DNA from: a virus
IMG/VR virus record: IMGVR_UViG_3300030202_002001
Location: 31,561 to 95,560 of that record
Reading direction: 5' to 3' (one strand)
DNA length: 64,000 nt
This document shows positions 29,396 through 38,717 of the stretch, piece after piece (position 1 is the first letter of the stretch; every line of letters begins with the position of its first letter). The notes beneath the pieces are model-generated. The model had not been told where the DNA came from. It did not search any database and saw nothing but the letters and a program-made list of their open reading frames with translations. A program made the position numbers and the translations under genes.

Positions 29396-31060
29396 ATGTC
29401 GAAACTCTTCGGATTTTCTATTGATGATAACGAAAAGACTCCTAAGGGTGTAGTCAGTCCCATCCCCACTACTGGTGAGGGCGGGGCTGATTACTATATC
29501 CAAGGGGGTTTTTCTAGTCAAGTTGTAGATATTGAAGGGATCTACAAATCAGAACATGAACTTATTAGAAGATATAGGGAGATGGCACTCCACCCAGAGG
29601 TGGACAATGCTATTGAAGATGTTGTTAATGAGGCAATTGTTTCTGATCAGAATGATTCCCCTGTAGAAATTGATCTGGAGAATCTAAACTCTAGCGATGG
29701 TATTAAAAATATTATCCGCAAAGAATTTAAGCATATCAAAGATCTTCTTGATTTTGATATCAAATCCCATGAAATTTTTAGGAACTGGTATGTTGATGGT
29801 AGACTATACTACAACAAAGTAATTGACATCCAGAATCCACAAGAAGGATTACAAGAACTAAGGTATATCGATCCTCTCAAAATGCGCTATGTGCGTAAAG
29901 AGAAGAAAAAGGATGATAGAAACGATATCTTTAATAGTGGTGGTGTAAGGGAAGAGCAGAAAGTTTACTTCCCAGAAATCGAAGAGTACTTTATGTACAC
30001 TCCGAAACCACAATACCCAACAAACATTGCTGCTCCTGGTGGTAGCACTGCTATGAAGGGAATCAAGATTGCAAAAGATGCAATCACATATTGCACCTCT
30101 GGTCTTGTAGATAGAAATAAGGGTGCAGGACTTTCATATCTTCATAAGGCAATCAAGTCACTCAATCAACTTCGTATGATTGAAGACTCTCTAGTTATCT
30201 ACAGATTGTCACGCGCACCAGAGCGTCGTATTTTCTACATTGATGTTGGTAATCTTCCTAAGGTAAAAGCAGAGCAATACCTTCGTGAAGTCATGATGCG
30301 CTACCGTAATAAGTTGGTGTATGATTCCAACAGCGGTGAGATTCGTGACGACAAAAAGATGATGAGTATGCTAGAAGACTTCTGGCTTCCTCGTCGTGAA
30401 GGTGGTCGTGGTACAGAAATTACTACACTACCTGGTGGACAGAATCTTGGTGAACTTGCTGATATTGAATACTTCCAATCTAAACTCTACAGATCTTTAG
30501 GTGTACCTGAGTCTAGAATCGCTGGTTCTGGAGATGGTTTTAACCTTGGTCGCTCTAGTGAAATCTTGAGAGACGAACTTAAGTTCTCCAAGTTTGTTGG
30601 TCGTTTGCGTAAGCGTTTCAGTGCAATGTTCCTTGACATGCTGAAGACGCAATTGCTTTTGAAAAATGTTGTTACTCCCCAAGATTGGGAAGTGATGTCT
30701 GAGCATATTCAGTTTGACTTCTTATATGATAATCACTTTGCAGAACTGAAAGATAAAGAATTGCTTGAAGGTCGCCTTGGTCTTCTTGCAATGATTGAAC
30801 CTTATGCTGGTCGCTATTATTCTACGGAATATATTCGCCGTCAAGTTCTGCGTCAGCGTGATCAAGAAATCGTTGAGATTGACTCTCAGATTGAAGAAGA
30901 AATTGCTAGTGGTGTTCTCCCAGATCCTAACCAGCAGATGCTTGAAATGGAAGCTATGGGAGCTGAAGATCCAATGATGCAGGGACAAGAAGACCCCAAT
31001 GCACTGCCAGGTCAAGCTCCGCAACCTCAGTTGCCAAAAGCATCAGAAGGGGAGATCTAA
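29396..31060 (+). CDS. gp20: Portal vertex protein gp20
   Basis: YRLSRAPERRIFYIDVGNLPK, EDFWLPRREGGRGTEITTLPGGQNLG. Confidence 0.98.
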   Translation: MSKLFGFSIDDNEKTPKGVVSPIPTTGEGGADYYIQGGFSSQVVDIEGIYKSEHELIRRYREMALHPEVDNAIEDVVNEAIVSDQNDSPVEIDLENLNSSDGIKNIIRKEFKHIKDLLDFDIKSHEIFRNWYVDGRLYYNKVIDIQNPQEGLQELRYIDPLKMRYVRKEKKKDDRNDIFNSGGVREEQKVYFPEIEEYFMYTPKPQYPTNIAAPGGSTAMKGIKIAKDAITYCTSGLVDRNKGAGLSYLHKAIKSLNQLRMIEDSLVIYRLSRAPERRIFYIDVGNLPKVKAEQYLREVMMRYRNKLVYDSNSGEIRDDKKMMSMLEDFWLPRREGGRGTEITTLPGGQNLGELADIEYFQSKLYRSLGVPESRIAGSGDGFNLGRSSEILRDELKFSKFVGRLRKRFSAMFLDMLKTQLLLKNVVTPQDWEVMSEHIQFDFLYDNHFAELKDKELLEGRLGLLAMIEPYAGRYYSTEYIRRQVLRQRDQEIVEIDSQIEEEIASGVLPDPNQQMLEMEAMGAEDPMMQGQEDPNALPGQAPQPQLPKASEGEI

Positions 31061-31090
31061 TAAATAAGTTTATATCTCTGATTTATATCA

Positions 31091-31261
31091 ATGGAAGAAT
31101 TAATTAACATGATTGCGACGGATTCGTCAGCTGTGGATATCAGTGATCAAATCAAAGACCTTTTATATCAGAAGGCCGCAGGTAAAGTTGACACCATGCG
31201 TCAACCAGCTGCAGCATCTCTGTTCGGAGAACCAACTCAAGAAACTGAGGATCAAGAATAA
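31091..31261 (+). CDS. Small acidic protein, prohead-core region (56 aa; not in track)
   Basis: Manual translation MEELINMIATDSSAVDISDQIKDLLYQKAAGKVD...ETEDQE; late box AATAAATA at 31059. Confidence 0.7.
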   Translation: MEELINMIATDSSAVDISDQIKDLLYQKAAGKVDTMRQPAAASLFGEPTQETEDQE

Positions 31262-31530
31262 TGGCAAGAACTTTATGTAAAGGTGCAGAGGCAGCTCTGC
31301 CCACAACAACTGGTGCTGCTGTTAGTTTTACTCAAGCGACAGTTGTTCGTTTAGTTAATACTCATACTTCTGCTCATCTTGTTACTGTTGTAGAAACGAG
31401 AAGTGGAGATACTGTAGGTTCGTTTACCATGCCTGCAGGATCTGTAGAGTATCTTGAGAAAAACCCTAACCAGTGCGTGTTTGCTGCAAATGCTGGCGTC
31501 AAAGGTGCAAAAGTAGGATTTACCGCGTAA
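31261..31530 (+). CDS. Conserved hypothetical virion-region protein
   Basis: TAATG coupling; ATVVRLVN...GSFTMP...VGFT. Confidence 0.75.
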   Translation: MARTLCKGAEAALPTTTGAAVSFTQATVVRLVNTHTSAHLVTVVETRSGDTVGSFTMPAGSVEYLEKNPNQCVFAANAGVKGAKVGFTA

Positions 31531-31535
31531 AAACA

Positions 31536-32186
31536 ATGAAACTTATCACGGAAGAAATCGAACAGGTCGAACTTATCGTTGAAGAACGAAACGGTAAGAA
31601 GTCCATGTATATCGAAGGAGTATTCCTTCAGGGAGACATCAAGAACCGCAATGGTCGGATGTATCCTATGGATACCCTTCGTAGAGAGGTAGGCCGTTAC
31701 AACGAAAGTTTTGTCCTGAAAGGCAGAGCTCTCGGTGAACTGGGTCATCCCGAAGGACCGACTTTGAACCTGGATCGTGTCTCACATAAAATTACTTCTC
31801 TCAGAGAAGAGGGAACTAATTATATTGGAAAGGCAAAACTCCTCAACACTCCTATGGGCAAGATTGCTCAGAATCTTATTGATGAAGGAGTTAAGTTGGG
31901 TGTTTCTTCCCGTGGTCTCGGAACCTTAGCGGTTAACGAGGACGGTATTAAGATCGTTTCTACCGATTTTATGCTTGCAACTGCTGCTGATATTGTAGCA
32001 GATCCATCTGCACCTGATGCTTTTGTCTCAGGAATTATGGAAGGAAAAGATTGGGTAATGGATGGTACAGTCGTTCGCGAACGACTCGTAGAAAAGACCT
32101 ACAAGCAAGTTAATACCCTTGTAGATCAAAGAGCACTTCAAGAAAACAAGTTGGCACTGTTCAATAAGTTCTTGTCAAGTCTTTAA
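31536..32186 (+). CDS. gp21: Prohead protease gp21
   Basis: MKLITEE start at 31536; RALGELGHP, GVSSRGLG, DIVADPSAPDAFV. Confidence 0.95.
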   Translation: MKLITEEIEQVELIVEERNGKKSMYIEGVFLQGDIKNRNGRMYPMDTLRREVGRYNESFVLKGRALGELGHPEGPTLNLDRVSHKITSLREEGTNYIGKAKLLNTPMGKIAQNLIDEGVKLGVSSRGLGTLAVNEDGIKIVSTDFMLATAADIVADPSAPDAFVSGIMEGKDWVMDGTVVRERLVEKTYKQVNTLVDQRALQENKLALFNKFLSSL

Positions 32187-32188
32187 AT

Positions 32189-32196
32189 TATAAATA
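32189..32196 (+). promoter_or_regulatory. T4-type late promoter TATAAATA
   Basis: Exact consensus upstream of gp22/gp23. Confidence 0.8.
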
Positions 32197-32243
32197 AATA
32201 TAGATTATATCTAGAATAAACGATCTAATCGGAGAGTTCACCA

Positions 32244-33290
32244 ATGTCCGCTAAGGAATTACAAGAAATGGAAAATCCTGTAACAAGGGGTGCGAAAGCT
32301 GCTGAGGCTATGCCTCAACTTGCTGATCCTGGAACTGGTCTGGCTGCTGTAGAAGATTTGGGTGGTCCTACCCCCGATAACTATAAGCCCGACGATGATT
32401 CCGCGAAACTCGCAGAACCCAAAGTCAAAACTGTAAGAGATGTCGTCAATCGTGGCGCTAAAGCTGCTGAACCTATGCAATCTCTTTCTGCTGGCGATAC
32501 CGCTGAAGCAGAAGAAGGTCAAGAGGTTGTAGCTGAAGATGAGTCCACACAAGAGGAGGAAACTCCTTCTGTCGATATCGAAGAAGATCTTGCTGCCCTT
32601 TTCGGTGGTGAAGAACTCTCCGAAGAGTTTCAATCAAAAGCCCGTACAATCTTTGAAGCTGCTGTAACCTCTAAGGTAACCGAAGTTCAAGAGGCAATGG
32701 CTGCTGAATATGAGGCAACTTTAACCGAGCATCTTGAATCCGTTAAGTCGGAACTCGTTGAGCGCGTCGATGCATACCTTGAGTATGTTTCCGAAGAGTG
32801 GGTCAATGAGAACAAGATCGAAGTAGAGCACGGTCTTAAGACCGAAATGACTGAATCATTCCTGCAAGGAATGAAGAGTCTATTTGAAGATCATTATGTA
32901 TCAATCCCTGACGATAAGTATGATGTACTTGAGACTATGGTCTCCAAACTTGATGAAATGGAAGGCAGACTTAACGAACAGATTGCTTCTAACATTTCTC
33001 TTAACAAGCGCCTTGGCGAAACTACAGCTGATGGAATTTTCCGTGAAGTAACCGAGGGTCTGGCTGTAACACAAAGAGAGAAACTGTACGCATTGTCTGA
33101 AGGTGTTGAGTTTGAGGGTGAAGAATCATATCGTGGGAAGCTGGAAACACTGAAGGAATCTTATTTCCCCAGTGAGCAAAAGTCAGTTTCTAACAAAGTG
33201 GAAACACTATCTGAGGGCGTAACCTCAGAGACTGGAGTCGAAGCATCTGCTTCTATGTCCCAGTATTTGAAAGCCCTTGGGATGAAGTAA
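32244..33290 (+). CDS. gp22: Prohead scaffold protein gp22
   Basis: Acidic coiled coil; LSEEFQSKARTIFEAA, YLEYVSEEW; synteny. Confidence 0.92.
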   Translation: MSAKELQEMENPVTRGAKAAEAMPQLADPGTGLAAVEDLGGPTPDNYKPDDDSAKLAEPKVKTVRDVVNRGAKAAEPMQSLSAGDTAEAEEGQEVVAEDESTQEEETPSVDIEEDLAALFGGEELSEEFQSKARTIFEAAVTSKVTEVQEAMAAEYEATLTEHLESVKSELVERVDAYLEYVSEEWVNENKIEVEHGLKTEMTESFLQGMKSLFEDHYVSIPDDKYDVLETMVSKLDEMEGRLNEQIASNISLNKRLGETTADGIFREVTEGLAVTQREKLYALSEGVEFEGEESYRGKLETLKESYFPSEQKSVSNKVETLSEGVTSETGVEASASMSQYLKALGMK

Positions 33291-33320
33291 ACAAGTCCGC
33301 AAATTTAAACACTAATTCTA

Positions 33321-34766
33321 ATGTACAATCAAGAATCATTAATTGAGAAGTGGAGTCCGCTTCTCGACGCCGAAGGCGTAGATCCTATTAAGGACTCGCA
33401 TCGCCGTGCTACAACCGCAGTTCTTCTTGAGAACCAAGAGCGTTTCCTCAGAGAGCAATCTGCTTTTGAAACTGGCAACGGCATGCTTAACGAAGCTGCT
33501 CCTACTAACAGTGGTAACGCTGTAGGCGCTTCTGGTGCATTTGCTGGTGGTTCTGCTGCCGCTGGTCCTACCGCTGGTTTCGACCCCGTTCTGATCTCGC
33601 TGATCAGACGCTCCATGCCTAACCTGGTTGCTTATGAACTGGCTGGCGTTCAACCGATGAACGGTCCTACTGGACTGATCTTCGCAATGCGCTCCCGCTA
33701 CACCAACCAGAGTGGAACCGAGGCATTCTTCGACGAGCCCGATTCCGCATTCTCTGCCAATAAGGCTGGCACCAACATTGGTCAGGCAACTCAGGGTGAT
33801 TACACCGCTGCTGTTGATGACGACGGTACTGTTGGTTTCGGTTCTACTGGCACTCAGCGTGGTACTAACCCCGCAATCCTGGAAGGCGCTGCCTCCGATG
33901 CTGTCCAAGCTCAGTATTCACTGGGTCAAGGTATGGCGACTGGTGATTCCGAAGCTCTTGGCGACGGCACCAATGGTGATTTCAACGAGATGGCATTCTC
34001 GATTGAGAAGGTCACCGTTACTGCTAAGTCCCGTGCTCTGAAAGCAGAGTACAGCATGGAACTGGCACAAGACCTTCGCGCCATCCACGGCCTCAACGCC
34101 GAAGCAGAACTCGCTAACATTCTGTCTAGCGAAATCCTTGCTGAAATCAACCGCGAAGTTATTCGTACCATCTATAAGACTGCTGAAGCTGGTTCACAGG
34201 CAAATGTTGCCAACGCTGGTTTCTTCGACCTGGATGTTGACTCCAACGGTCGCTGGTCAGTTGAGAAGTTCAAAGGTCTTCTGTTTAACATCGAAAGAGA
34301 TGCTAACAGAATCGCCCAAAGAACTCGTAGAGGGAAGGGTAACATCATCATGACATCTGCTGATGTTGCTTCCGCTCTGACCATGGCTGGTGTACTTGAT
34401 TACACCCCTGCACTGAACGCCAACCTTCAGGTTGACGACACTGGCAACACCTTCGCTGGTACTATCAACGGTAAGTACAGAGTCTACATCGATCCTTTCG
34501 CTGCTAACTCTGCTGCTAACCAGTACTATGTTGTTGGTTACAAGGGTACTAGCCCCTATGACGCTGGTCTCTTCTATTGCCCTTATGTTCCCCTCCAGAT
34601 GGTTCGCGCCGTTGGTGAGAACACCTTCCAGCCCAAAATTGGCTTCAAGACCCGCTACGGTCTTGTCTCCAACCCTTATGCTGAAGGCACCGCTCAGGGT
34701 CTTGGTCGTATCACCTCTAACAGCAACCGCTACTATCAGCGTACTGTTGTTAAGAACCTCATGTGA
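33321..34766 (+). CDS. gp23: Major capsid protein gp23
   Basis: DPVLISLIRRSMPNL, GVQPMNGPTGLIFAMR, KSRALKAEYS, FQPKIGFKTRYG. Confidence 0.98.
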   Translation: MYNQESLIEKWSPLLDAEGVDPIKDSHRRATTAVLLENQERFLREQSAFETGNGMLNEAAPTNSGNAVGASGAFAGGSAAAGPTAGFDPVLISLIRRSMPNLVAYELAGVQPMNGPTGLIFAMRSRYTNQSGTEAFFDEPDSAFSANKAGTNIGQATQGDYTAAVDDDGTVGFGSTGTQRGTNPAILEGAASDAVQAQYSLGQGMATGDSEALGDGTNGDFNEMAFSIEKVTVTAKSRALKAEYSMELAQDLRAIHGLNAEAELANILSSEILAEINREVIRTIYKTAEAGSQANVANAGFFDLDVDSNGRWSVEKFKGLLFNIERDANRIAQRTRRGKGNIIMTSADVASALTMAGVLDYTPALNANLQVDDTGNTFAGTINGKYRVYIDPFAANSAANQYYVVGYKGTSPYDAGLFYCPYVPLQMVRAVGENTFQPKIGFKTRYGLVSNPYAEGTAQGLGRITSNSNRYYQRTVVKNLM

Positions 34767-34790
34767 TTTATATCTCATATACTTAACACA

Positions 34791-34817
34791 GAGACCCGCA
34801 AGGGTCTCTTTTTTTGT
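34791..34817 (+). terminator. Intrinsic terminator after gp23 (copy 1 of a 27-bp direct repeat)
   Basis: GAGACCC-GCAA-GGGTCTC followed by T7. Confidence 0.9.
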
Positions 34818-34833
34818 CTTTATGTAAAAGTTG

Positions 34834-34884
34834 TGTAACGATGAAACAAATGTTAGTGAACTAACACAAACTAACCTATATAAT
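34834..34884 (+). promoter_or_regulatory. Host-type promoter with palindromic CRP/NtcA-like boxes
   Basis: TGT-N9-ACA at 34834-34848; perfect palindrome TGTTAGT-GA-ACTAACA at 34851-34866; TATAAT at 34879-34884. Confidence 0.45.
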
Positions 34885-34956
34885 ACAGAATTAAAAGAAT
34901 CTTATGCATTAAAATTTTTCTTTATTATTTTCCTTAAAAAAGAAATGGTGAACGAA

Positions 34957-35133
34957 ATGCACAACCTACTATCTCGCGCTCAACTAAATGAGTGGCGACA
35001 CTTTGAAGATACAGTAGATGATCTCCAATTAGAACTACAGCAAAAAGAAAACGACTACTACGAATGTTTGATTGAATGTGATTCACTAAGTGCCCCTGAA
35101 TGCAAACGGATTTGCAAAGAGGTGCTTATGTGA
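34957..35133 (+). CDS. 58-aa protein with twin CX3C motif
   Basis: MHNLLSRAQLNEWRHFE...YYECLIECDSLSAPECKRICKEVLM; ATG 34957 preferred over track start 34831. Confidence 0.7.
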   Translation: MHNLLSRAQLNEWRHFEDTVDDLQLELQQKENDYYECLIECDSLSAPECKRICKEVLM

Positions 35134-35208
35134 TATAATAGAGGAGTCGGATGATTTGACCGACATTCATTAGTGTACAAGATCCTCCATTCGTGATATA
35201 ATATAGTT

Positions 35209-35258
35209 TCCGTGTGAAGGAAGTGAATAGTAGGAGACCCGCAAGGGTCTCTTTTTTT
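35209..35258 (+). ncRNA. Candidate ~50-nt small RNA
   Basis: TGTACA-17-TATAAT with extended TG (35174-35202) followed within ~30 nt by a terminator; no ORF between. Confidence 0.4.
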
Positions 35259-35260
35259 GT
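35234..35260 (+). terminator. Intrinsic terminator (copy 2, identical 27 bp)
   Basis: gagacccgcaagggtctctttttttgt identical to 34791-34817. Confidence 0.9.
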
Positions 35261-35277
35261 GATAAATAAAAATAAAA

Positions 35278-35808
35278 ATGTCTTTTCTTGGAAAGCAGAT
35301 TGCGAACAAGAATTACTTGTCGCCTGTTGGATTCAAATTTAATATCGTAAAGACACCTAAGGTAGACTTTTTCTCCAACAGTGCAAAGATTCCTGGTATC
35401 CAATTAGGGAATATCAAAGTTGGTAATTACTTAAAAGCGATTGATCTTCCTGGAGACAACATCCAGTTTGAAGATCTGACACTTCAGTTTATCGTAGACG
35501 AAAACTTAGAGAATTATCTAGAGATTCACAATTGGATCTATGGCCTTGGTTATCCTGAGAGTGTTGATGAATTCAAGCAACTCATTATTGCTAAGGATGG
35601 ATCAAAAGATCTTAAAGAACAATTTTGTGATGGAACACTTGCCATTTTAAATAGCAATTTTAATGTAAGTGCTCGTGTAAAATTTAAAGATTTATTCCCT
35701 GTATCACTGAGTTCTTTGGAATTTACTGCCACTGAAACCGATTATACATACTTTACAGCAACAGTGACATTTAAGTATCTGTTCTATACGATTGAAGTTG
35801 CGACTTAA
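35278..35808 (+). CDS. gp3: Tail tube terminator/completion protein gp3
   Basis: NYLSPVGFKF, FIVDENLENY..IHNWI, FKDLFPVSLS; position after gp23. Confidence 0.85.
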   Translation: MSFLGKQIANKNYLSPVGFKFNIVKTPKVDFFSNSAKIPGIQLGNIKVGNYLKAIDLPGDNIQFEDLTLQFIVDENLENYLEIHNWIYGLGYPESVDEFKQLIIAKDGSKDLKEQFCDGTLAILNSNFNVSARVKFKDLFPVSLSSLEFTATETDYTYFTATVTFKYLFYTIEVAT

Positions 35809-35811
35809 TTT

Positions 35812-36237
35812 ATGGATCTTGAAACTATACAAAGTATGTGGGAGAAAGACTCACAGATTGATCAAGACAATTTACATGACGAAGCAGCGAAGATTCCATC
35901 TCTTCATGCAAAATATTTTGACATCTACAACAATATCAAACTACTGAGGGAGAGAGCAACATCAGTAGAAAATAGAATTAAGTTAGAGCGTCATTTATAT
36001 TACACTGGTAAAGCAGATCCTAAAGTTTATGTGGATGATCCATTTCCATATAAAGTTAGGGAGAAAGATGCTGTCCAGAGATATATGCTAGCTGATGAGA
36101 AAGTTCAAACCGCTACTCTAAAAATTAAATATTATGATGTCATGTTGACATACCTGGAGGATATTATCAAACAGGTAAGTAATAGGGGATATCTGATTAA
36201 AAATATTATTGATTGGCACAATTTCCGTGCGGGGTAA
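35812..36237 (+). CDS. uvsY: Recombination mediator UvsY
   Basis: IPSLHAKY, YYTGKA, RGYLIKNIIDW. Confidence 0.9.
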   Translation: MDLETIQSMWEKDSQIDQDNLHDEAAKIPSLHAKYFDIYNNIKLLRERATSVENRIKLERHLYYTGKADPKVYVDDPFPYKVREKDAVQRYMLADEKVQTATLKIKYYDVMLTYLEDIIKQVSNRGYLIKNIIDWHNFRAG

Positions 36238-36239
36238 CG

Positions 36240-37709
36240 ATGACCAAAATTGTAGTATCCAAAAAGAACGAAGTCTTCTTAAAGTTGGAATCAGAACCTC
36301 ATGTGTATCAAGAATTATCTGAACATTTTTCTTTTGACATTGAAGGTGCGAAGTACATGAATCAGTATCGTAGAAGATACTGGGATGGAAAAATTCGTTT
36401 GTTCTCTACACACACTAGAGAATTATATGTTGGACTTCTTGATAAATTAATTTCTTTCTGCAAAAGACATGGTTATGAGTATGAATTTGTAAACAACAAA
36501 TACTTTGGAACTCCTTATGAAGAGAATGAATTTATTTCTCGTGAGGGAGTTAAAGATTATATGTCATCTATTTGCAATCGTCAACCTCGTAGCTATCAAA
36601 TTGAGGGAGTATTCGATGCTCTAAAACACAATAGAAGGTTAGTGATAAGCCCCACTGCCTCTGGCAAATCTTTGATGATTTACTCAATAGTACGCTACTA
36701 CGCAGAGCGCAAGCAAAATATTCTTTTAGTTGTCCCAACGACATCTCTGGTAGAGCAGATGCATAAGGACTTTGAGGATTATGGATGGGATGCCTCTTCA
36801 TACTGTCACAAAATTTATGCTGGTAAAGAACGCGAGGCAAAGGCACCTGTGGTGATTACTACCTGGCAATCTATCTATAAGTTGGAGAAGAGTTATTTTG
36901 AAAGATTTAATGTTGTGATTGGTGACGAGGCACACTTATTCAAAGCAAAGTCTCTCACACAAATTATGACCAAATTACATCAAGCAAAATATCGTTTTGG
37001 TTTTACTGGAACTCTTGATGGGACTCAGACTCATAAGTGGGTATTAGAAGGTTTGTTTGGACCATCTTATAAGTTAGTCCGTACAGAAGAATTAATGAAT
37101 AAAGGTTATCTTGCAAAATTAAATGCCAAGATTCTTTTATTAAAACATGATGAGAGAGTATTTGATTCCTACCTTGAAGAGATTGACTATTTGATATCTC
37201 ATGAGAAAAGAAATAAATTTATTAAAAATTTAAGTATAGATCTAAAAGGAAATACTTTGGTTCTTTTTGCAAGAGTTGAGGATCATGGGAAGATACTTTT
37301 TGATATGATAAATAAAAATATTGGATCCGACCGTAAGGTCTTCTTTATCCATGGTGGAGTGGATGTTGAGGATAGAGAGTTAGCCCGTTCAATTATTGAA
37401 ACTGAAACCAACTCGATTATCGTTGCTTCTTACGGAACCTTCTCTACTGGTATCAACATTAAAAACTTACATAATGTTATTTTTGCGTCACCTTCCAAGT
37501 CAAGAATACGAAATCTACAATCAATTGGTAGAGTACTTCGGAAAGGTACTAACAAGTTCAGCGCAACCCTATATGACATTGCCGATGACTGCACATTTCG
37601 ATCAAAAAGAAATTACACTCTGAATCATTTAATTGAAAGGATAAAAATTTATAAGGAAGAAAATTTTAACTATGACATGGTAACTATTAACCTACGAGGA
37701 AAAACATGA
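36240..37709 (+). CDS. uvsW: SF2 helicase UvsW
   Basis: SPTASGKS, DEAH, GFTGT, QSIGRVLR; ATG at 36240. Confidence 0.95.
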   Translation: MTKIVVSKKNEVFLKLESEPHVYQELSEHFSFDIEGAKYMNQYRRRYWDGKIRLFSTHTRELYVGLLDKLISFCKRHGYEYEFVNNKYFGTPYEENEFISREGVKDYMSSICNRQPRSYQIEGVFDALKHNRRLVISPTASGKSLMIYSIVRYYAERKQNILLVVPTTSLVEQMHKDFEDYGWDASSYCHKIYAGKEREAKAPVVITTWQSIYKLEKSYFERFNVVIGDEAHLFKAKSLTQIMTKLHQAKYRFGFTGTLDGTQTHKWVLEGLFGPSYKLVRTEELMNKGYLAKLNAKILLLKHDERVFDSYLEEIDYLISHEKRNKFIKNLSIDLKGNTLVLFARVEDHGKILFDMINKNIGSDRKVFFIHGGVDVEDRELARSIIETETNSIIVASYGTFSTGINIKNLHNVIFASPSKSRIRNLQSIGRVLRKGTNKFSATLYDIADDCTFRSKRNYTLNHLIERIKIYKEENFNYDMVTINLRGKT

Positions 37710-38137
37710 ACGATGACTTCTACGCAAGCATTAAATTAGTTTCTGGAGAGGAACTTTTTGCAATTACATCTTCCGAAGATGATACATTAATCCTACAGGA
37801 TCCAGTTTGTATTGAATCTATACATGGACCAAGAGGTTCTTTTGTAAGAGTAGAACCTTGGATGCATGTACCTAATGATCAATTTTACTTCATAGATAAG
37901 TCACAAGTTATTACTATGACTGAAGTTGAATGTGATCATGAAATGGTTGAGTACTATACAAATTATATTCTTGATGCAGCAGAAGATAGGATGGGGATCA
38001 ACACGCGATCGTCTGGGAAGGTCCGACCCTCAGAAAAAATGGGTTACTTAGGAAATGTAAAGTCTGCTCGCAAGACCCTAGAAGACCTATATGAATTAGA
38101 GTGTGATCCTAAAGCAGGGATTGCTACTCATGTATAA
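37706..38137 (+). CDS. Conserved hypothetical protein (possibly Sm-like fold)
   Basis: YASIKLVSGEELFA; position between uvsW and gp55. Confidence 0.7.
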   Translation: MNDDFYASIKLVSGEELFAITSSEDDTLILQDPVCIESIHGPRGSFVRVEPWMHVPNDQFYFIDKSQVITMTEVECDHEMVEYYTNYILDAAEDRMGINTRSSGKVRPSEKMGYLGNVKSARKTLEDLYELECDPKAGIATHV

Positions 38138-38208
38138 AAAAGAAGCTAAGCTACAGTGCTTCTGAACTTCGACAAAGTTATTCTACTCATAGTTTGCTAA
38201 GTTGTCAA
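38136..38208 (-). promoter_or_regulatory. Minus-strand sigma70 promoter and terminator enclosing a ~40-nt transcript
   Basis: Minus strand TTGACA(38208-38203)-17-TAGAAT(38185-38180); hairpin AGAAGC/GCTTCT (38163-38141) plus U-tract. Confidence 0.5.
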
Positions 38209-38221
38209 GCTGTGCTATAAT
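38194..38221 (+). promoter_or_regulatory. Sigma70-type promoter for gp55
   Basis: TTGCTA-16-TATAAT with extended TG. Confidence 0.6.
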
Positions 38222-38243
38222 GTACACAAGAACTTAACACGAT

Positions 38244-38717
38244 ATGCCTAAAAAAAGGTCCGAACACTATGTAAACAACAAAGAGTTGTTGGATGCGATG
38301 ATTGATTACCGCATCAAAGCACAGCGTGCAAAGGAAAATGGAGATCCCCCACCTTTAATCAGCAACTATCTTGGAGATTGTTTTTTAAAGATCGCAACTC
38401 ATCTCTCATACAAGCCGAACTTCGTTAACTACATGTTCAGGGAAGACATGATTGGAGATGGTATTGAGAACTGTGTACAGTATATACATAACTTCGATCC
38501 TGAAAAATCAAACAATCCGTTTGCTTACTTTACTCAAATTATTTACTACGCATTCCTTCGTCGTATTCAAAAAGAAAAGAAACAACTAGAAATTAAAACT
38601 AAGATCATTGAAAGAACTGGATATGATCAAGTGATGGTTGTTGAAGATGGAGCGAATGGATCTACCAGTGATTATAATACGATCAAAGATAACATTCAAT
38701 ACAGAACATCAAGATGA
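38244..38717 (+). CDS. gp55: Late-transcription sigma factor gp55
   Basis: HYVNNKELL, NFVNYMFREDMIGDGIENC, NPFAYFTQIIYYAFLRRIQKEKKQ. Confidence 0.96.
   Translation: MPKKRSEHYVNNKELLDAMIDYRIKAQRAKENGDPPPLISNYLGDCFLKIATHLSYKPNFVNYMFREDMIGDGIENCVQYIHNFDPEKSNNPFAYFTQIIYYAFLRRIQKEKKQLEIKTKIIERTGYDQVMVVEDGANGSTSDYNTIKDNIQYRTSR

Noticed and set aside
34831-34956. Long N-terminal extension of the 100-aa track ORF
   Set aside because: It runs through the promoter and AT-rich leader; ATG 34957 with a GGTG SD is more plausible
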